From NCBI GenBank assembly GCA_029717555.1, contig JAMDHS010000053.1:124001-159438 (forward strand): a stretch of 35,438 nucleotides of DNA, written 5' to 3'. Shown piece after piece: positions 15,549 through 28,965 of this stretch. The translations under genes and the position numbers were made by a program. Positions within the stretch are counted from its first letter, which is position 1, and every line of letters begins with the position of its first letter. The stretch is from Peribolospora baueri (Eukaryota). Below the pieces are notes generated by a model. The model saw only the letters and a list, made by a program, of their open reading frames with translations. It was not told where the DNA came from and ran no database searches.

Positions 15549-18500
15549 ATGAGCGTCAGACAACGTAAGTCGGCCAAGGGTGCGGCATCGCCGCCTCCGG
15601 AGGGCCAGCTCGACTCCAAATACAACAGCGCCGTCTCGAAGGATGAGTCCAAGGTGAGGGAGACGCAGACAGAGAGGAGCGATGGCAATGTTTATGTGGC
15701 CAGCTCGGGTGCTCCGAGCCACAGTTGAGCGAGCGCATCAACGGACTCGCCGCCTCCCTTCCTTTCCGTGTCCCCCAGGGCAACCCGCCGTCAGTTGCGG
15801 AGAAGCATTCCACCCTCGTCGTCCTCGCCCTCGCCGCGCTCGCCTTCTTTACGCGCACCTACAAGATATGGCACCCCGATCAGGTGGTGTGAGTGCCCAA
15901 TTTGCAGCGTGGTAGACGGCGACGTTGTCTCAGACGTCTTTTCTCCGTCCTCTTCAGCTTTGACGAGGTCCACTTCGGCAAGTTCGCCGCGTATTACATC
16001 AAGAGATCCTATTACTTCGACGTCCACCCTCCCCTCGCCAAGCTCATGCTCGGTTTCGCCGGCTGGCTTGTTGGCTTCGATGGCTCGTTCGAGTTTGAGG
16101 ACATCGGAAACGACTACTCCAAGGCCGGTGTACCCTACGTCGGCATGAGGATGCTTCCCGCTATCCTCGGTAGCTTGACCGTGCCCGTGGTCTGGGGTAT
16201 CATGAGGGAGAGCGGCTATCCTGCAGCCGTGGCCGCTTTTAGCGCAGCGCTCGTCCTCTTCGGTGAGTCTACGGTCGCGGTCGCTTAAGCTCAACGGCTA
16301 AAGCTGAAGGCCATCGTATCATTTCATCGTCGCTGTCGATCAGACAACGCCCACATCGCCCAAACCCGTCTCATCCTTCTCGATGCCCCCCTAGTGCTCT
16401 TCATGTCGTTGAGCATCTACTCCTACATCCGCTTCCACAAACTTCGTTACCGCGAGTTTACCCGCGAATGGTGGACGTGGCTCTTCCTCACCGGCCTCTT
16501 CCTAGCCCTCACCCTGTCTTGCAAGATGGTCGGCCTTTTGACCTTCCTGACAATCGGCACGGCAGTATTGGTCGATCTGTGGAATTTGCTGGACATCCGC
16601 AGAGGCCTTGGCATGGTGAGCGCCATCCCTGCCCGTCCTGCTGCCGGCGGTCTTGAAGCTTCCGAATCTCACTGTGTCTCGCCTGCTCGGGCTCCCTTTC
16701 GTCGTCCCATAGGACCACGTTGCGCGTCATTTCTTCGCTCGCGCTTTGGGCCTCATCGTCTTCCCCCTCACCGTCTACCTCTTCTGGTTCTGGGTGCATT
16801 TCGCTATCCTGACCAAGACCGGCCCTGGGGATGCGTTCATGAGCCCAGAGTTCCAGGAAACATTGGAGGGAAGCGCGTTGCTCATGAATTCACAAGGTGA
16901 GCGTCGCTGAGCGAGAACGTTTCTGCATTCCCGTCTTTGCCGGGGACGATATGCTCAAACCGGTTCATTGTGCCGCTTCGCGCAGAGATCCGGTACTATG
17001 ACAACATGACCCTCTGTCACAAGGATACCAAAGTCTTCTTGCATTCACACCTGGAGCGCTACCCCTTGACTTACGAGGACGGCAGGGTTTCGAGCAAGGG
17101 TAAGAATAACCGAAGGCTATCGCATCTCCGTTCTCTCATGACTGCTTTGCCGCCGGAGCTATTGTCGTTCACACGCTCTCTTCGTCTTCGCCTTTGATCG
17201 TTCAGGCCAACAGGTCACTGGCTATCCGCACAACGACACGAACAACCACTGGCAGGTCGTGCCGACCCGTCCGCTACCGGAGGACAACTTGTCTGACGAG
17301 TACGTCGTCAAGCACAAGGACGTCGTCCGTCTCCTCCACGTCAACACGCAGTCCTACCTCCTGGCTCACGACGTCGCCTCGCCCCTCATGGCTACTAACG
17401 AGGAGTTTACGACGTGGCCTCGCGACGACGACACTCGCTACGACGATACGCTTTTCGAGCTCCAGATCAACAACGCCGAGGAGGACGATCCGTGGATGAC
17501 AAAGAGCAGCTGGTTCAGGCTGATCCACGTCAGCACCGGCGTCGCTATGTGGACCCATCCGGATCCACTGCCAGATTGGGGCTTCCAGCAACAGGAGGTG
17601 AACGGCATCAAGAACGCGAAGGAAAAGACGGCTGTGTGGTACGTGGACGAGCTCTTCTTCGACCCTGGTGAGTGACGCAGACGCAATCTCGAGAGGGCGG
17701 ACGGGGCTTTTCTCGGTGTGTGTGTGCTCACACTTCCATCACTCTCCACAGACACCCCTGACCCGCTGAACCGGACGAAGCCGGGTGAACCAAAGCCGGT
17801 CAAGCCGCTTGGGTTCTTGACTAAATTCCTCGAGCTGCAAATGCTGATGCTCCAGCACAACGCGGGTCTCACCGCCTCGCACCCGTACGCGAGCGAGCCG
17901 ATCAACTGGCCTTTCCTCCTGTCCGGCATCAGCTTCTGGACGAGCGGGAAAAAGAAGGAGCAGATTTACCTGATTGGGAACATTGCCTCGTGGTGGCTCA
18001 GCATCATGTCCATCTCCGTGTTCGTGGGCGTGCTCGGCGCGGATGCGTTCGCTCGCAGGCGAGGCGTGCAGCCGATCGAGGATTGTGAGTGCCGTCGGCC
18101 AGCGTCGGTGAGAGCGCTTGAGGAAGCGGGACGCTGAGGACGTGTGTGTCTTGGTCTCTTTTCGCATGCAGCCATCCGGAATCGGCTGTACAACTCGGCC
18201 GGCTTTTTCCTGGTCGCCTGGCTGTGCCACTATTTGCCGTTTTTCCTCATGAACCGCCAGCGGTTCTTGCACCACTACTTGCCGGCTCACGTCTGTTCCG
18301 CCCTCGTAGCCGGCGCAGTGTTCAACTTTATCGTTACCGAGAGCATCAACTATCCCGTCTCCATCCCGGGCCCGCTCCTGACGCGCGACCGGCTGCGGCC
18401 GAAAACGTTCACCGACATTGGCAGACGAGGCAAAATGGCCACGGGCCTGGTCATCGCCGTCATCATGCTCTCCTTCTTCTACTTCAGCCCGCTGACGTAC

Positions 18501-18578
18501 GGAACGCCGGAGCTGACGGCCGCGGAGGTCAACGCGCGTCGGGTGCTGTCCTCTTGGACTTTGCATTTTTCGAAATGA
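15549..18578 (+). CDS. PMT4: Dolichyl-phosphate-mannose:protein O-mannosyltransferase, PMT4 subfamily
   Basis: [48 protein letters not shown], MIR domains (LHSH..YP; GQQVTGYPHND), HPYASEP, RQRFLHHYLP, C-terminal WTLHFSK. All introns canonical. Confidence 0.92.
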
Positions 18579-18622
18579 AATGAGCCGCCTATGGCCGTCC
18601 GTCTGTCGAGCAAGGAACTCGA

Positions 18623-18683
18623 GGGTCGTTCGTAGTCGTGGTCGTAGTTGTGGTCGTAGTCGTAGTCGTAGTCATGGTCGTGG
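18623..18683. repeat. Degenerate (GTCGTR)n simple repeat just 3' of PMT4
   Basis: gtcgttcgtagtcgtggtcgtagttgtggtcgtagtcgtagtcgtagtcatggtcgtgg. Confidence 0.8.
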
Positions 18684-19215
18684 CCTCGCTTATCTCTCGC
18701 ATCAAACCATTGAACCCTTTCCTCCTTGCGTCGTTACCTGTTTCCCCGTTTCCAGTAATCTCAGCTTCGCGTATATACTCGTACCGTGGCGAGCGTGGAA
18801 GATTGTGCAGTCCCTGTCTGTGTGAGCGAGCGGAAGGACGTGTGTCTGTCGTCTGTGTGCGTGCCTTTCTGTCTGTGCATGTCCCACTCTGAGGGGCGCT
18901 TCGCTTCCTTCGAAAGTCCATCCAACCGCCACCGGCTTACTGGGCTTGCTGGGTTGCCCCCAGTGCTCCACCCTTCCACCCCGTCCTCCCAGTCGTCCCT
19001 CTCGTCCAAGGTGCTGCGGCGAAAATACCGTTGCTGCGGCGAATCAAAGGTGGCATTACAACTGCTTTCTAATTGCCGCCTTTTCGGGTCAGCGCCGTGC
19101 GTGGTGAGCGTCTTGACGCCGACGACCCGTCGCCGACGCTCCCCACACCATCTCATCCCACACCATCGACGTCGACTCCCTCTCCACCAACAACGGCCCC
19201 CAGACGAGTCGAACG

Positions 19216-22200
19216 ATGGCCACCTCCGGCTCTCTCGGCCCTCCACCCCCCTCCCCCTCCCCCTCCGCCTCCCCTCGCGCCCGCTCCCCAGATCGCCCCG
19301 ACTCCCTCTCGCCCCTCGATGTACCCCCCGCCTACGCTTCCGTCGACCACCCGGACACCTTCGACCACGCGACCGCCAGCCCGACCGGCTCCAGCGGCAG
19401 TCACGGCTCCAGCGACCCCAGCGCCCATCCCAGCTCGAGCGTCGCCTCACATGCACCCCCCGCGGCTCACATACATCGCCAACCACAGCTCTGCCCCGTC
19501 TGCTATAAGCCCATCATAGGCCAGCTCGTCCGGGCGCTCGGCACCGCTTACCACTTCGACTGCTTTCGATGCAAGGATTGTGGCAAGGTCGTCAAAAGGT
19601 TCTTCCCCGTCGATGGTCCCGGCCAGAGGCAATACCCGCTCTGCGAACAGGACTACTTTAGGCGATTGGACCTCATCTGCGCCAAGTGTCACGGCCCACT
19701 GAAAGACAGCTACATCACCGCCCTCGGTGAGCACCCACCCCGCTTCCTCCGCTCCATCCGCCGTTCTCGATGCTGATCCCGGACCCTCGTGTCCATGTTT
19801 CGTCCTCCTCACTTGATCCGTCCAAAAGATATGAAGTTTCACGTCGAACACTTCACATGCTCCGTCTGTCCTACCGTCTTCGGACCCGAGGACTCGTACT
19901 ACGAGCACGACGGCCAAGTGTACTGTCATTTCCACTACTCCACCCGCTTCGCCATCAAATGTACTGGCTGCAGGACTGCCATATTGAAGCAGTTTGTGGA
20001 GATGAACCGGAATAACGTGGACGAACGTTGGCATCCGGAATGCTACATGATCCACAAGGTGCGAAGCCAACCCCCGTCATTCTTCTTCTCCAATTGAGGC
20101 CGTGGCGAGCTCCCGCTCACACTGCCTTTCCACCTCCAGTTTTGGAACATCAAGATGGCCCCTACAGGATTGACTCCGAAGAACATGGTCACACCTCCCG
20201 CACAGATCACCGCCTCCACTTCCACCGAGCCTTCCCCCGAGGCGCTGGAGATCGAAGCCAACGACACGCCTGCGAGTCTAAAGCTCAAGCAGAAGCAGAT
20301 GGAGGAGCAGGTGTATCGAATTTGGACGGTGCTGTCGGCTTTTGAGGAGAGCTCAGCTGCGTGCATATCCGAGATGTTGAGGCACGTCAGCAGTGGGCGC
20401 TATCTCGATGGCGTTCGGATGGCCGAAAAGTTCATCTTTCATGTAGAGATCCTGTTCTCGGCGATCGACGATCTGGAGGCGCAGTTCCTTAAAGAGCACG
20501 CCAAAGGTGAGTTAACTCGACATTCTATCCGCATCTTGCGACCGTGCGCGTGTGAGCGAGCTCAACCCGACCCATCCGTCTCCTCGTAGGCATTTCACAC
20601 ATTCGAGAAGCTCGCATGCTCTGCAAGAAAATCGTCAACTTTTTCTCCCTCCTCTCTCACACCCAGGAGACTGGTGCTCGGCGGATGGGTATCACCCAGG
20701 AGCTGCTGTCCCTCGTCACCGGCCTCGCGCACTACCTCAAGATCCTCATCCGCATCGCCCTCACCGGCGCGCTCAAGCTGGAACGAGAATATCAGAATCG
20801 GACCGCCATCGCCTGGTTCCTCGGCAAGCTGGCCATCCTCGCCAGGGAGGGAGGCAATCGGCCCCCCCCCGCTGGTGCCAACCAAGGCGTCGGCGGCAGC
20901 GGCAGTCAAGGCTTCAATCCTGCCACGTACGGCTACCGTAGTCTTCCGCGAGATACCTCCTCGTCGGCCGACGGCGAACAGGCTACCGACCTCTGTGTGT
21001 CTTGTGGCCAGACCGTGGAGGAGGAGTGTTTTCGGATGGGCACCAACCTTCGATGGCATTGGAACTGCTTACGCTGTAGCAACTGTCGACGGTCCGCGCT
21101 TCGCGATGGCGCATCCAGCGGTAGCAACGGCAAGGCCTCTTCTTCTGCAGGCCCTGCCGAAGACGGCGCCTCTTCCTCATCACCGCCGGGACTGTCCGCT
21201 GCGGGGTTCGCCTTCGAAGTCACCACGAGACCATACGATCCCGCTTCGGCGAACGGCCCTTCGCGCCATCAACACCCGCAACGGATCATGTTGACGTACT
21301 GTCCGAATTGCGCCAGGCCGGACGCCCAGAGGGGATTCGAACCGGTCACGCGACTCGAGCAGTACTCTTTCCTCGTCAGAGTCGCCCTCAACCGTCTGTA
21401 TGCGCTCCTCAAGAAGCGAGGCGTCGTGCCACCGTCGCCACGTGGGTGTTCGTGCTTGAATTCGTCCGGACGTGTGGAACCCCCGCTGACTTTTGTTCCA
21501 TCGTCTTGGCTTTGCAGCGCTGGTTCCGTCCACGGAGGCCGTGAGCCCGACAGAGTCGAACCCGTCGGAGGATATGCCGATGTACGAGGCCTACCGCGAT
21601 TCGAGCGACATCAAGCGAATGAAGTCTGTCAACCTGGATCGCAAGCTCTCCAAGACTGCGCGGCTTCCGCAAAGGTCGACGGTGGTGGAGAGCCCGTCGG
21701 GCAAGGTGGCCCAGCAAGGCGAGTCGGCCGACCGGGACGTCGTTCGGCCGACCGAATCTCAGTCTGCTGGCACTCATACCCCTCGCTCTCCGAGGTCTAC
21801 ATCACGCGACCCGTCACCCGGCGCCCCCGAGCCGCCACCCGGCGCTCTGCAGCCCGGTCGGCTGTCTCCCGCCGCGGCCAGCCTTCCGCCGACTTTGGAG
21901 CCACGGCAACGGCGAGGCTCTGCGCAAGCGATTTCGAGTTCTCCCACAGATTCGGACGGACCGGGCGTTTCCATACGCCCGCCGTTCGCCCGGGCAAACA
22001 CAGACGTGCGTATTGTCAACGATGGTGCGGCGGGCACGTCCGGTGCGGACGAGTCAAAGATGGAGGAGAACGACGACGAGGACGGTCTCACGTTGGCAGA
22101 CATCCCCCAGCTCCTTGAGGCGGAGCAAGCGCGCGAGCAGCACCGGTCGCTGCCGAGCCAGGGGGGCGGTCGCGCCATGTCCGAGCTCTCGGCGCTGGAA

Positions 22201-23652
22201 CTCTTCATCGTCAAGCACGTCGCCGTCATGGCTCTCGAGCAGAGTCAAGTAAAAGACCTCTTGCCTATGGACGATCTGCTCGACTTTATCGAGTCGAGGA
22301 AGAACACTTTCTGGGGCAAGTTGTTCAAGGGCGGTAAGGACAAAAAGGACATCAAGAAGAAAGGTGCGTCGCGCCGACGGTCTCTTTTCTGCGATGGGCG
22401 AGAAGCTGAGTTTTGTGTTACTGTTTTTCTCTGTCTCTCTCTCTCTCCAAGGCGTCTTCGGTATTCCTCTTGAAATTCTCGTCGAAAGGAACGGTACGGA
22501 TTCGCTTCTTGGCGCGACAGCCACGCATCTGCGTGTGCCGTGCTTCGTTGACGATGTCATCTTGGCCATGAGGCAGATGGGTGAGCATCGCCGCGCCGTT
22601 GCCGTTCCTTCTCCGTCCTCCTCCCACTTTCATTTGGCGTTTGTCTGACTTGCCGCTTGTTGTTGGTCTGGCCCTTCTGCAGACATGTCGGTGGAAGGCA
22701 TATTCCGCAAGAACGGCAATATCCGCCGGCTGAAGGAGCTGTCCGAGGCGATCGACAGGGAGGCGACAGTCAATTTCCTCGAGGACAACCCAGTTCAGCT
22801 CGCCGCGCTGTTGAAGAGGTTCCTCCGCGACTTGCCTGATCCGCTGTTAACCTTTAAGCTTCACCGTCTTTTCATAGCTTCTCAGAGTGAGTGCCTCCCT
22901 TCCGTTGTGCCAGTCTTTCCTACCTCGGTCTCACTTCGTTCTTTGCGTCCACGTGGCAGAATTGGAGACGGAGGCCGAGCGCAAGCGGATCTTGCATCTC
23001 GTCTGCGTGCTCCTGCCGAAGGCTCATCGGGACACGATGGAGGTACTCTTCGTCTTTCTCAAATGGGTCGCTTCTTTCTCGCACGTCGACGAGGAGACGG
23101 GCAGCAAAATGGATCTGCAGAACTTGGCGACGGTCATCTGTCCTAATATCCTTTACTCAAAGGGCAAGGATCCGGCCAAGGACGAGAGCTTCCTCGCCAT
23201 TCGGACGGTGCATGCTTTGCTCGAGGGCCAGGACGAGTTTTGGACCGTGAGTCGCGCGCTTCGTCCGCTGTGTCCGGGTTGCCGATCCTCGTCGCTAAGC
23301 CGCTCTTCCCTCCCTTCAGGTTCCCCGAGAGTTCGACGACATCCTCTCCGATCGAGAGTTGTTTGCGGGCAGCGCGGACCTGACATCGCGAGAGATCATG
23401 AAGAAGTGCGAAAAGTACATCCGGCGGAAGCCCGTACTAGGCGGCTCAAGCGGGGACGCACGAGGGGAACTCCACAATCGTCACCATCCCGCCTTCCATC
23501 ACCCTCATCCCAGTCGTATCAACACCGCCGGTGCGAGAGGACACGGCCAGATGTGGCCCTCGTCCAGCCTTTCGCCCGTGGAGAACGGAGGCGGGATCGA
23601 ACGACCGAACCTGGTTTCCAATCACTCTGCTCCTTCCTTTTCGAATTCCTGA
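19216..23652 (+). CDS. LRG1: LIM-domain Rho GTPase-activating protein (Lrg1/S. pombe Rga1 type)
   Basis: LIM zinc fingers (CPVC..HFDCFRCKDC; CAKC..HVEHFTCSVC; CTGC..WHPEC; CVSC..WHWNCLRC), MEEQVYRIWTVLSAFEESSA, PVTRLEQY, LTLADIP, RhoGAP GVFGIPL..VEGIFRKNGNIRRL..SKMDLQNLATVICPNIL. Confidence 0.9.
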
Positions 23653-24970
23653 TCACTTCTATTCGAGCCCCTCCTTTCCCTTTCCCTTTCCCTTTTCCCG
23701 TCTCGTCTCCACCCCCTTCGCCCCCTGCCCCTTCTCTCGCTTTTCACGATCCTGTTTTGTGTGTAGTTGTTAACGTTACCCGCTCGCATGGAAGAGATCC
23801 CGCGTGCTCATTCATTCACTCTGCAAAGTCGGTCCGGTCCGGTCCCGGAGGGATGGTCCGAAGGAGGTCTGACGAGACGAGAGTTCCACTCAAGAACTTG
23901 CAAGTTGCATGCAGGGGTAGGGTTGGGGCTCGAAATGTCTACACGAGCGAGCTGACACGCTCTAACCCGTCTGTATGATTTCACCGTCCCGACGGACGGT
24001 AGCGGGCGTAATAATAAAGGACGTGATGCGTGTGGAGAGAGGCGATCGCTTTCGCATCTCCTCGCGGAGGACCGACTTGTGACTTTGGACTGGCTGATTT
24101 GGAGGGTTCCAGGATGATATCAATTCTGGCACGTTGGACTTGGAGCGAGTGCAGGATGTACGTTTAACTAACGGACTGACTGGGCCCTGCATGCCATCTC
24201 GCTCCGTTCAGCTCTGTCCGGTTCATTTCGGCAAACAGGCGTGAGAGGGAAGGAGGAAATCCATCATCGCTGGCTTTCGTGTCCGTGTCTGGGGAGGAGA
24301 CCGTTCCACATGACCGACCGTTCATTGTGCCAATCCAGGGCCAACTGGGAACGCTCGCTCCCTTCCGTCGACGACCACCCAGCGAGGCGACGAGCGAGGC
24401 GGCGACCGGAGCCATCGCCCCGCCATGACGATATGTGCGTATCCGGTCGGCAGGAGACGGACGCCATCAGCAGAGCAGGTAGGTATGACGACGCTAGCCT
24501 GTGCATGACCTGACGAAAAAGAGAGTAAAGAGGGTCAATCAAGTCTGCTGGGAGATTCTGAGCGTGTGCAGAAGGGTGCGGGGGTAAGCACAACTTGTAA
24601 GGGCAACGCAAGACAGGACAAGAAGAGCGTACTTTGCCCTCCCTCCGAGCTGGCTCAGTGTGAGCATGATATGATGGGCATGGAGACGGGGCAGTGGGTT
24701 CAGTTGGTCAGTACAACGAAGAGCCAGAACTCATGTTGGACCCGAGTTTGGCGTCATACGGGCGACTGTCCAGCCAGTCAACAAAAAGGCTGCGACAGGC
24801 CACGATGAACCGGCGGCTCAACATCACGGCCATTCCGTGACAGACAAGCTTCAGGAACGGTCAGACAGGCACGATCCATTGATGACAGAGCAGGACATGT
24901 TCGGCGTACAATCCCCCGCCCCGCTCACGTCGATCGTGCCGTCGCCAGTGAGCGTGCGAGGTATAATGGT

Positions 24971-25026
24971 ATCCATTCCATCCATCCATCCATCCAGCCT
25001 CCTTCCTTCCTTCCTTCCTTCCTTCC
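24971..25026. repeat. Compound tetranucleotide microsatellite (TCCA)n(TTCC)n
   Basis: atccattccatccatccatcccatccagcctccttccttccttccttccttccttcc, just beyond the eIF4E stop. Confidence 0.8.
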
Positions 25027-25119
25027 GCGCGCGGGCACGTCCGACAACCCATACATCCACCGAGGCGCGCACACCGAGTGCCGCGAGCCGTGCGCTCTCA
25101 TTCGCGCTTCCATCTTCAC

Positions 25120-27916
25120 TTACTCGCCGCCCCTCCTCCAGCTGCTACTGGCACCGCTCTTGACTCCCGCGCCAGGGCCAGGGCCTTGTCCAAGTGCTGC
25201 CGCCGGTCCTTGGGCGAAAGGCGTGCCCGCCTGCGGCTGCTGCTGCTGCCCTTGCATGCCAGGATGTCCGAAGGCGTGCGGAGGCGGTACAAAGCCGGCC
25301 GGTCCTGGAGGTCCACCCGGAAAGGCGTGACCTGCCGGTCCGCCCGGTCCGCCCGGTCCGCCTGGTCCTGGCCCGGGGCCAAGGGGAGGGGTAGTTCTGC
25401 CGATAGGAGCCCCAAAGGCCGTGTTGCCAGCGCCGAAAGGGCCTCCGGGATTTAAGCTGGAACCGGAGCCGGGGCCGGGGCCAGGCGCGACCTGATCCGA
25501 GCCGCGGCGAGTCATCACACGTGGGTTCGCTTGAGGGGTCGACGACGTGTGTGGCTGACCCATCCCCGAAGGTGGAGGCTGGATGGAGATGAACTTGGAC
25601 TGCGACGGCGCTTGGCCGATGTTGTACTGCGGAGCGGCGGTGGCCAAGGCGGGTGAGAAGACGGACATATGAGGTCCGGGTGAACAGTCTTCCACACGCG
25701 ACCACGCCGCCCACTCACTTGAAATTCCAGCCCGATCCGGTTCTCCTCGCTCACGCCAAGCAGCGACACCATCTTTCGCCCGATGCTGTTGACGCGCTCA
25801 ACGTTGTGCTTGTCACGCAGCCAAAGGCTGATGCGGTCGCCCTTGTTACGGGTGGAGAGCACTACGAGTGGCAAAGAAAAAACCGAGATTGGTCCGTGAG
25901 ATTGGGCGTGGGCAGTGAAGATGGCGGACGGCTACCGCGAAAGCTCACCACAACCGGTCACTTCGTTGTTCTCGTCCATCTCCTCGCCGATGAGCGCGAG
26001 AACGAGCCAGGTCCAGCACCGATCGAGCAGCGCGGGATTGTTGCGCATCGTCAGCACCCATTTCCCACCCTGGTGAGGCGAACGGGCGCAACGAGGACGA
26101 GGACACTGTCAGCATTCGCACATGGCCTATTCGTCGGAGCAGACGGTCTCACCTCCGCGTTCGCCTTGTCCTCCCACATGGGTTTGATTCCGTCTTTGAA
26201 GAGGTGGTAATTGCTGTTTCGCTCTAGCTGCGAAGGCGGTCGGAGAGTGGCGAACGTGGCGCAAAACGACTCGACCTGCGACACGTGTCCGGCGAGAAGT
26301 AAATCCAAGCAACGGCGGACCGGAGTGCCAATCAGTTTACGACGGCGTCCCCCTAACGCTTCTTCGTATCGTACTCGCTCGCCGCACTCACCGTGGAGAA
26401 GACGCCCAAGTTCTGTAAGGCGGCCTCCCAGGTCTCTGCCTGTCCCGTAAACCCGGGGGAGCCCAAAGGGGCGGCCACTCCCGTCGGCGTTTGAAGGCCT
26501 GCGGTGGAGGGCGTGGGAGGTACGCCTCCTTGGCCGTAGTTCTTGCAGTCAAAGTAGATGGTCCTGCGTTGGATGGGTGGAGAACGGTGAGGACAGAGAG
26601 AGAGACGGAAATAGATGAGGCGGAAATTTGTTGGCCTCACCACTTGTGTTGCAAGGGATGCTTGCCCTCTTCGTTCAACGCCCTACCCATGTTATCCGTC
26701 ACGGTCGTCGTCGCACTCTTCGCACTCTTGACCGTCGACGAGCCCTTCGTCCCGTCTTCCTCCTCTAGTACCTCTCCTTCCTCCAACACTTTCTCCTTGT
26801 CCTTCGCGTCTTCCTTATCCTGCGCGCGCCCGTCTTTCACCTCTTCTTTGACCTTGTCCGCATCTGCGCCCTTTGCACCGGCCGCCTTGTCGTCCTGGTC
26901 CGCTTTCGCCTGCCCCTCCTTCTCTGACCCACCCTCGGCGGAAGTAACGGCAGCGGCGGCGCTGGCAGCCGTCTGGCCTTCAAACTTTTCCTTCGCTCCC
27001 GTCAAGCCGGCGACGCTTCCCTTGCGAGCCATTCGCTGGGTAATGGCTTCCAAGCTCGGCAGGCCTCCGCGGCCGCTCGAGCTCTTTGCACGGGTATGCG
27101 TCAGCGGCTGGGATTGGGAGGACGATTGTGAAGTCTTGGGCACGTCCGCGGGGGACGCGGACTTGTCCGTCGCACTGGCGCCGGTGGCGGAAGATGGGGT
27201 GGGCGAAGTGGTGTTGACGGTCGAAATCGGGCTGTTGCTATTGGTGTTGCTCGAAGGGGTTCCGGTCGAGCCTGCCTCGGTTCGGGCCGAGGGGACAGTC
27301 GAGGAGCTAGAACCAGAGCGAGAGAGTCCGGAAGGGTTCTGCAGACGAGCGGCGAGACGGAGACGAGAGGTGGAGGCTGTCCGTGGGGGAAAAACATAGG
27401 CGAAAGGAAGACGTTAGCGCGGTCGACCCGGAAAACGAGGGAGAGGACGAGAGACAGGGAAGGAGAGACGGAGCTCACCATCGCCGGTGCCCGGACTGGT
27501 GCTGGAGGGACTGAGAGTGCTTGACGCGGCTTGCTCCTTCTGAAACTTTTCCAGGTTCTCTGGTTTGATCCTGCGGGTCGGGAAAGCAATGAGAAGAGCA
27601 GGGCAAGGAAAGAGGGCCGGGTGAGCAGGACTTGCGCAGGATACCGTTGCCGACCGACTCACCTGGCGACCAGATCCGAAAGACTCGGCGGTTTTTTCAT
27701 GCCTTTGCTCGAGCCCGATCCCTTCTCCTTGCGGTCCTCGTCGATCAGCGCGGTGGCCCTGTTCGACAAAGGCGGGCGAGCGGAGGCGGCGGACGAGGGG
27801 CCGGGTGTGAGGGCGGGCGTGGGCGTGGTGATGGTAGCGACGGAGGAGGCGGCGGTGGAAGGCGTCGCGGGCCGTGCGGAGGCCGCCGAGGTGGGCGTCT
27901 CGGACTCGGTAGACAT
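25120..27916 (-). CDS. eIF4E-family cap-binding protein with long low-complexity N- and C-terminal extensions
   Basis: HPLQHKW-TIYFD, TWEAAL, FST-VESFC, YHLFKDGIKPMWED..NAE-GGKW, LDRCWTWLVLALIGE, VTGCVLSTRNKGDRISLW. Seven GT-AG introns. The exact C-terminus is slightly uncertain because the stop overlaps a GTAAGT. Confidence 0.9.
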
Positions 27917-28082
27917 GTCAGTCAGCGCTAGGTGGGTGCAAGCAAGAGGAGAGAGAGGTGGGAAGAAAAGAGTGGGACGGTCGCGTCGTCAGGAGGCTGT
28001 GTGGAGAGTCGAAGGAGATCAAAATCGAGGGTCTGGGAGATCTCCGTACGAGGATGCGGAGACGACGAGGAGACGACGAAGA

Positions 28083-28135
28083 CGAGATCGAGGTCGAGGT
28101 CGAGGTCGGGGTCCAAGTCCAAGTCCAAGTCCAAG
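28083..28135. repeat. Hexamer tandem repeats (GAGGTC)n then (AAGTCC)n upstream of eIF4E
   Basis: cgagatcgaggtcgaggtcgaggtcggggtccaagtccaagtccaagtccaag. Confidence 0.75.
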
Positions 28136-28499
28136 CAAGTCGTCAACGACTTGGAGTCCAGGCCGACCGTCCAAGCTTGAGCTGGTGGTGCCGAATAATA
28201 ACCACCGACCCAGCGCAGCCCGCCCGTCGGTCACGTCGGCCCAGCCATCGTCACGCTCGGGCCAACGGCAACGGCGGACCAACGCCCATCGCTCTCACAC
28301 GCCGCAGCCGACCCCACGTGCCGCAACGCAGAGGGCCGAGGGCAAGCCAAGCTAATAATAAGCAATCAAAAGACAATCTTCAGCGCACCCTCCCAAAAGT
28401 GCACGACAATCGTCACCAGTTCAAAATCCTGTCGCTTCGACCACAAAGATACGCATCAAGCTTGTGAAGAGCATTTGGAGCGGCATAGAACAGCAAGAG

Positions 28500-28965
28500 G
28501 CGCAGGAGAATGAGGAAGAAGACTCGATGGAGACATGGGGGACGACGAGGATAATTGGGAGAACGAGGAGGAAGAGAAGGACAGTGAGGAGCAGGGGCAG
28601 AAGAAAAGAGGAAAACGAGAGAAGAACGTCATGGTGAGTATATACCTTGCATGTCCAGATGCCTGTCCATTTTTTTTTAGAATTTTATATGGTACGAACA
28701 CCTGTTGATGATGTCTACATTTTGCTTCCTCCTCAGGATGCTATCTGTCCACTTGAAGTCCGCTCGAGCTCTGAAATGTGGTGGAAATCTACTTACGAGC
28801 TGTGGAAGAGGTGTACGACATCTGCTATGACCACGACCTCAGCAGCTTGTGGGGATATCTGTGGGACGCATGGTACAAGCCGCGGGAATACCTCTATCGT
28901 CATGCACGACCTGCAATTGACCTTTTGGGTCTGGATAATCCTGGACAAGATGGTGCGGAGGTGAG
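28500..28965 (+). pseudogene. Deleted and frameshifted remnant resembling fungal Mutator-like (MULE/SWIM) transposase genes
   Basis: Acidic stretch, intron-like 28634-28736 (GTGAGT..CAG), then ICPLEVR / EIYLRAVEEVYDICYDHDLSSLWGYLWDAWYKP / REYLYRHARPAIDLL-(frameshift)-VWIIL. These recall the 'CP..R', 'AV.EMY.FC..L..VWAYLW.NWY' and 'RPRLDLL.WI' blocks I recognise from this family, with the intervening sequence missing. Confidence 0.55.

Noticed and set aside
23653..24970. Short ORFs between the convergent LRG1 and eIF4E genes
   Set aside because: No motifs or consistent exon structure; compatible with 3' UTRs and intergenic DNA
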